Shown here: positions 58,301 to 64,000 of the stretch, in pieces
Numbering within the stretch: position 1 is the stretch's first letter
Layout of the letters: each line of letters begins with the position of its first letter
Assembly (NCBI GenBank): GCA_001179505.1
Contig: CDMY01000212.1
Coordinates: 1 to 64,000 of the forward strand
Length of the DNA stretch: 64,000 nucleotides
Direction: 5' to 3'
Source of the DNA: Vitrella brassicaformis CCMP3155
Lineage: Eukaryota; Protista; Chromerida
Translations under genes and position numbers: made by a program
The notes under the pieces: model-generated
Databases searched by the model: none
What the model saw: the letters and a program-made list of their open reading frames with translations, nothing else
Told to the model about the DNA's origin: nothing

Positions 58301-59600
58301 CGGAGACGAGGAATGCGCTGCGGTCGAGAGTAGGTGGTGATTCCAGGAATGCGTGGCTTCCTGTTGATATGGTCACTGATCGACTCTCTCTGTGTCTCTC
58401 TCTGTCTGCTGCAGAGAATATTCCCGACCCAGAAGAGCACGGGCGTCGGATTGATTGGTGTGGGAAAGTCTGGTGGAGGGACTGGGACAGATCAACTTGT
58501 GGCCAAGAGGCAGCTCAGGTAAGCAAGCAACGCAGACTTAAGTGATGGATGCATATGCAATCCATTCATGAGTGTTCTTCTCTGTCGTCGTCAACAGTAT
58601 TGGTGCGAAAATTACAAATCGATAGATAAAACCGCAACGAACTGGAAAAAGAACGACGGCTGCGACGGCGAAGACACGATCCGCCTCATGGACATGTCCG
58701 AGTGCGACCAGACGTGGTACCGGGAGTGTGACTGCTTCGAGTATATTCAGTGCAAACAAACCTGAGTATCTGCCCTGATGGGGGGAGGAAAGCACCAACA
58801 CACCTGCACGACACCAAACAGAGCACATGGGCGTGTTGCGCGTCGACATGAGGGCCAGCAGCTCGCTCATTCTGGGATAAGTCTGTTTATTCGACTAGTA
58901 TCTTCCCTCTTTATTCTCTTTCTCTCTCTCTCTGTGTGTGTGTGTGTGTGTGTATGCATGTGATGGTTGTGTATTTGTGTGTGCATTGCCCGTGTGTGTC
59001 CGCAAGACGCATTACACGTGTGTGTCTTCCGGACATCCAATTAGCCATCCAGAGGCGTCTTGTCTGACTGACCTACGTATTTTTGGCCTGACTAATCTAT
59101 GTGTGGCTACACCAGACAGAGAGAGACAGAGCACCACCGTAGTGAGTTTTCAGTGAGAACAGATCGGTGCCTGTCTAACTGTCCGGAAAGACAAACTACA
59201 GAGGCGTCTGATGTGACTGACCTGCGTATTTTTGGTCCGCCTAGTCCATGTGTGATACGGGACAGAGAGGGAGAGCGAGCACGGCTGCTTTGCATGCATG
59301 CTTCGCCATCTGTTGCTACCCACGACTTTATTTGTCTTTCTTTCTCTTACACACAGCGCCTGTCATGACATGAATCATGCAATGGTTCGCCAGGGACAGT
59401 GATGGGGCTGCCGTAATGCGATTTGAGGCCATACAGAGAATGACCGCAGAGAGTCTGATAGTCGGCCGAGTGGTGGGCCCTCGTGTTGTGCTGTGCAGAT
59501 GGCTGTGCACACGCCGCCGTCAAGATGGCAGGTGCATGTGGGCGGGCTGTCTGTCAGCGTGGAGACTGAGCCGGTGCGCAATGTGAATGAACACGCTTCA
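55330..59600. repeat. Complex array of interleaved dispersed and tandem repeat modules
   Basis: GTGTGCATTGCCCATGTGTGTCCGCAAGACGCATT...GGACATCCAA recurs at about 55430, 55960, 56930 and 58980. GCAGAGAGTCTG...GGAGACTGAGCCG recurs at about 56315, 57270 and 59445. Confidence 0.9.
57926..58765 (+). CDS. Secreted Cys-rich protein, tandem copy 2 (apparently intact), multi-exon
   Basis: Signal peptide MMMRVFGGLVLLALAGVAHC. Spliced product ...CDPTDLTCAP...IRNCDGDEEC...IPDPEEHGRRIDWCG...CGQEAAQYWC...CDQTWYRECDCFEYIQCKQT*. Confidence 0.7.
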
Positions 59601-59970
59601 AATGATGCGAACACATCCTTAAAGCTTGACCTGTCGTCACCAGAGCCACCCCACACCCGCTACAATCCAATGCATGTGAGCCACATTGGTTCATTGAGAT
59701 TTAGTAGAGCGACAGGGTCCAACGGGCAGGTCGACGATTTCAATGGAATGCATTCGACCCGCTCCATTCCATTTTGCAAGGGTGTCTCACATACACGTCT
59801 GCCTGCCTGTCTTCTGTCTGTCTTCTGTGTCTCAGCTATGTCTCTCTTCGTTTTCTTTTGCAGTGTGTTTGGATGTGTCTCTGGGCAGCGCATTGCTCGG
59901 AGGGGGGTAAGGCATGCCCGCAGACTGGGGGCTGGGGGCCTCCGCCTGAAGTTCTGCGTCTCAGAGGTCT

Positions 59971-61341
59971 GATGCAGTCTCTCATCCCAATTCTAATCCT
60001 CCTGTGCCAGCTGTGGCAGCATGCCTCGTCGTCGCGTGTCACTGTTACAGATGAGGTGACGTGTTCCAAGCCGCCCCGTGATCTGCCTGAGAAGCCAATC
60101 GACATCGGGTAGAAAGGGAAAGGGAGGGAGAGACTCGACAATACGGCTTTCTTCAAAATTTGTTTCTTCTCTTGGCCGCTGCAATGGGTGGCTGGATGGG
60201 CAGTTGCTCCGTGAAGGTCGCCGAGGCCTTCCGCCATCGGGTGCAGCCAGATCTCAGGGACAAGCACACGCTGGATGTGGTCCTGCGGCTGCGAAAAAAG
60301 GGAACAGGCGACATCGCTCAGCTTCAAATCTCACTGCAGAAGGTCGAGGCAATCGACGTCACAAATGGTTGGTGTCGCCTGGATTATCGCTTGCCTTGGC
60401 AAAAGGAGGACTACTGCTTCTTGGAAAAGTAGCGCAGCGCTGAACACACAAGCTGTCACCTCTTTTCTCTGTCCGCACAATTTCATGCAGTGTTCACAAA
60501 GACGACCGGCTGAGCGGCAATTCTCTTGTGGTCTCGATGCTGTCATGGCTTGATACATACGGGAAGCACTGGGGCTGCACCAAGGTGACACTGACCAAGG
60601 TGACACTGACCGACAGCAGCAGCATCAAGGAGCTGTATCTTCTCTCACATGCAAGTACACAGACATCCATATGCATTCAGGAAAATGGCCCTGCGTGGCT
60701 TCAGTCACGTCCTGATTGATTGATTCTCTTTGTCTGCCTGCCTGCCTGTGTCTCAGGCTTCTACTACCAGTCGTTCGGGTTCAAATACGCACCTAAGATG
60801 GACGAAGAGGAGATCGACAGCTGCCAGGCACATGACGAGCTCACTTCTCAGCAAGACCGGGGTCCTGTCACCCATCAAACCCGATGTCCAGTTGGCGGGG
60901 GAATCAATCGATGAGAGAGAGCACATGGACGACGAGACGCGCTTGTTCTTCGAGATCCAAAACGCATGGCCCGAGCTGCAGAAGATGAGTCGGGAATGCA
61001 TGTCGAAGAAAGAGAGGACTCGTGACGGCCGGATCAATCCCCAAGCCCGTCTGCTGCCCCACCTGCCCCCAAAAGTTACCATCGATCCCATCTTCCCGCC
61101 CGGCGGCACCGCTCACGAGGCCATGTGTCTGATCCAGTCGGCCGGGCTTATGCTCATGACACATGCAGACAAGAAGCGATGGCAGGGGATTCTCAGGCAG
61201 CCGGACACTCCTCCATCCCTCAGTCTGCTGCTCTTCAGCTTGCCCGAAGGCCCTGCGGAATGTTTTGGCAATCGAGACGCGGTGCGGCAGCTGGGAGACA
61301 CGCATCGCTACACACTCGTGGAGGAGTTTCCACCTCGTTAA
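59971..61341 (+). CDS. Secreted or membrane-anchored hypothetical protein with a GNAT-like segment and an apparent frameshift near 60830
   Basis: Signal-like MQSLIPILILLCQLWQHA. Exons give LSGNSLVVSMLSWLDTYGKHWGCTKVTL..DSSSIKELYLLSHAS|FYYQSFGFKY. The downstream coding-like frame is shifted. Confidence 0.45.
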
Positions 61342-61597
61342 GACAGGGAGACGCAGAAAGCTGAGTGAGGGGACAAGCAGACACTGGACACATGCGTGAG
61401 TCACTACAAAAAATCGAGTGATACGGCCGACGGACACGGTTGTTTCCATTCCACTGAATCAGCTCACTCAGTGTATCGTTGAGCCAGCCATGGTCAGTCC
61501 ATCCCACATATGCATGGACACGCACGGACGGGTCCCACTTTCATGCACCAGAACGTTGATGACGGTACCCATCCTCCCCTAACCCCCTGTCCCAAGC

Positions 61598-62825
61598 TCA
61601 CATAGTGAAGGCGCTAGCCTGCATACTTCTCTGGCTCGGCTGGCCACCCGCCCCTTTGTGTGGGTTGAGGGTTGAGGCCAAGAAGTTGACACATGCAGCA
61701 AAGTCCGTCGCCTTTTGAGCGGTGGGGAAAACCAATACCAACTGAATCGACAAAGAGGGACACACACATACTCCATCGATTCCGTGCATGTGTCCCAGCC
61801 CTCACCTTTTTCTTCTGCAAAAGCCCCGGCACGCGTCTCATGTTGACGGTGACGACGCTCTCGACGTACGTCCGGCTCCTGGTCACTGACCCCCTCCTTT
61901 GGATGATCACACTGCCCCTCCGCTGCCCCTGCTCTTGAATGGTCTCCCTGTTGTCCAGTGTGACCTCCATCATCTCAGAAAAGGGGTAGCGTGAGGCGCC
62001 CTTTGCCCCCTGCAGCACCAAGGCCCGCCTGTCCATATCGAGGTACACCCTTCGGCGGTAGTAGGCATGGCTGCCAACCAGCTTTTGCAGCATCACGCCG
62101 GGCGTGTATGTGCGGACAAACTCCTCCATCTGCCGCTGCACCTGCACTTTAAGGAAGAGCTGGTTGGAGTCGCCGTCGATGCCTCCCGACAGACCCAAAG
62201 CCTCCATCTCCTCAGTCTCGCCCTCACGCAGCGTCCGCTTCCGTCGCCTTCTCCCCCCGCCCAGCAACAGAATGGGATCCTCGACATCAGTGACTCGGAC
62301 GGGTGCCTGTAGGAGAGGCAAAGCGGGGTCGTTGACGCTAGCCGTCTTGACGGAAAGCAGCGCATCGAACTTGACCAGCTCCCCGGGCTCTTGCGGCACT
62401 TGCTGCTGGGGCTTTGCCAATGTTGCGGCGAGGAGGATGGCCCCCGTTGCTTTTTTGAGCCCGCCTCTCCGAGTCGGCTGGTCTGATGAAGGGGTGGGAG
62501 CCGATGGGGCCTCCTCGCCAGGTGTCAGGAACCTCACATGCTCCTTCTGTTCAGGCTTTTTGTCTTCCTCGTCGCTTTTGGGTTCGCTGAAGCCCACCGA
62601 CTTGTCGCCCCCTCGAACGTCCTCTCCGTCTTCTTTCCTCACAGCTGAGTCCGACGCAGGCTCTTCGGGCCTCCGATGACGCCTGAAGCTCCTTCTTGCG
62701 TCAGATTTGCCGGTTCGTGCCTCTGGTGGCCGCCATGTGTTGAGCCCGGCGGCATCTTTGACGCTACCTTTGATCAGCAGTTCGTCGTCCTTGTCTGGCT
62801 TACTGATGCGGCACAAGGCAAACAT
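61598..62825 (-). CDS. Hypothetical protein with a C-terminal PH-like domain, one intron seen
   Basis: Long ORF with EEFVRTYTPGVMLQKL...RRRVYLDMDRRALVL...YPFSEMMEV, and a last exon LVLVFPTAQKATDFAACVNFL (terminal helix typical of the PH fold). Confidence 0.55.
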
Positions 62826-63699
62826 GACTTTCCGAGACTGGGGGGCGAGCTCGCATGGCCAGTTGGCCGGCGGCCTGGATCTGCCGGGAGAAGGACGCTT
62901 GAAGAGGTCATTGAACGGGAAGAAGACCGTTGCAAGCGTCTGGCGGCACCATCAGGAAGGTAGGACAACAGGGGATGGGATACACACCTTTCTCACTTCG
63001 GCCTTCTTGTGATACTCAATCAGGCGTCACGCGAGTCATGGGGACGCCTCTGCCGCCGATGCCCAGCGCCCGCCAAAAGCACCGATGGCAGTTCGATATC
63101 GTATTACCACAACGGTATACCATCCTTACTGCAGAAAGGCGGTCCGACAGGGAGCGTCCGAAGCAGCCAGACACACAAAGCGAACCGCCCGACATAGTGA
63201 ATTTCATCTCTGATCAGCTCCCAGACACTCATGCAAGCCTTCTTCTTCTGTACTGTGCACACTGTACAAGTCAGTCGTCTGGGAAAAACAGGAAAAATCT
63301 TCTACACAACATCCACTCACACGCCCCTCAACCTATCTGGAAGTCCGCCGATAGGTGCCTATCTAGCGCATCTTGCTCAGCGCCCGACGCGCCTCGCGCC
63401 CCCCGTGGAATAAGGGACAAATGGAATCTATCATGCGTCGCGGGCTGCACCATGTTGAGTGCTGTCAGGTTGGTGAGCTGCTTGCCGAGCCGAAATGCCG
63501 CCTTAGGTGTCGTCGTGTCCCCAGCGGAGCAGCCAAAGGGCCGCACGAAGGACGCAGGAGAGCGGCGAGAAGAGGGTAGACAGCTCACGAGTGGTCGTCG
63601 CCGAGGCGATCCACGGCCTACCAATGGCCCGCATCACACCAAACGAATGCATGTGGTGGACGCGACATAATCATTTCCGTGAGTGAGTGGTGGACCTTC

Positions 63700-64000
63700 T
63701 TGCATCTTCCTTCTCCAGGGGCCTCTCATTGCAGTCGATACTGCGCAGCCAGCCCGTGCGCGGCACAGCGGTGTTGAAGTCGGACGGTCAAACCTGTGCG
63801 TCCTCCTCCAGTAAGGGCACAGTCAGGCTATCCTCCGTCATGTTGCGGCGTGTCGGCCGCAGCTTCGTCGCTGGTTGGTGAGAGGCTGCCGCTCTGTTGG
63901 GAAGCCTTGCAGAGTACGCCGATCTGGCAGCGGTTGATGATGGCTCCAACAACTGCACTGAGGAAGGCACTGCCGCAGCCGATGAAGAGGCCCCGCCAGA
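63700..64000 (-). pseudogene. Gene fragment running off the window end with an in-frame TGA at 63788-63790
   Basis: ...MTEDSLTVPLLEEDAQV*PSDFNTAVPRTGWLRSIDCNERPLEKEDARR, then a GT donor. Confidence 0.3.

Noticed and set aside
55330-59600. Repeated modules as a possible CRISPR array
   Set aside because: Units are over 100 bp, irregularly spaced and lack unique spacers. There are no cas genes and the context is eukaryotic.
2489-63790. Several in-frame stops (TAG 2489, TAG 34408, TAG 54694, TGA 63788) suggesting stop-codon reassignment
   Set aside because: Intact genes here end in all three stops (ald TAA, GT43 and RTX TAG, WDR33 and the peptidase TGA). The paralogue of the 54694 site has TGG, so ordinary transitions explain them.
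1-64000. rRNA or tRNA genes
   Set aside because: No recognisable rRNA segment or cloverleaf was seen by eye. tRNAscan-SE or Infernal would be needed to exclude them.

Overview
Eukaryotic, intron-rich genomic window with short GT-AG introns, many GT/CA microsatellites and three 300-N gaps. The intron style, a plastid-targeted peptidase and the gene set suggest a chromerid alveolate such as Vitrella; this is inference only. About 0-46 kb is a rearranged accessory zone holding MITE-like ends, a truncated Gypsy gag-pro element with an intact -1 frameshift signal, a 5'-truncated RLE-type non-LTR element, several inverted duplications and decayed genes. Embedded in it is a compact glycan-modification cluster: GT25-like x2, GT47 exostosin, GT14/branching-like, GT43 and an intronless polysaccharide pyruvyltransferase. 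The GT25-like genes and the pyruvyltransferase share a colinear N-terminal membrane-anchor/stem module. A secreted, spliced RTX-repeat protein lies between the cluster genes. About 46-64 kb holds alanine dehydrogenase, WDR33/Pfs2, a plastid signal peptidase I, a tandem pair of secreted Cys-rich genes in a repeat array, a GNAT-like secreted protein and a PH-like protein. Exon structures were parsed by eye, and family calls rest on recognised motifs, not database searches.
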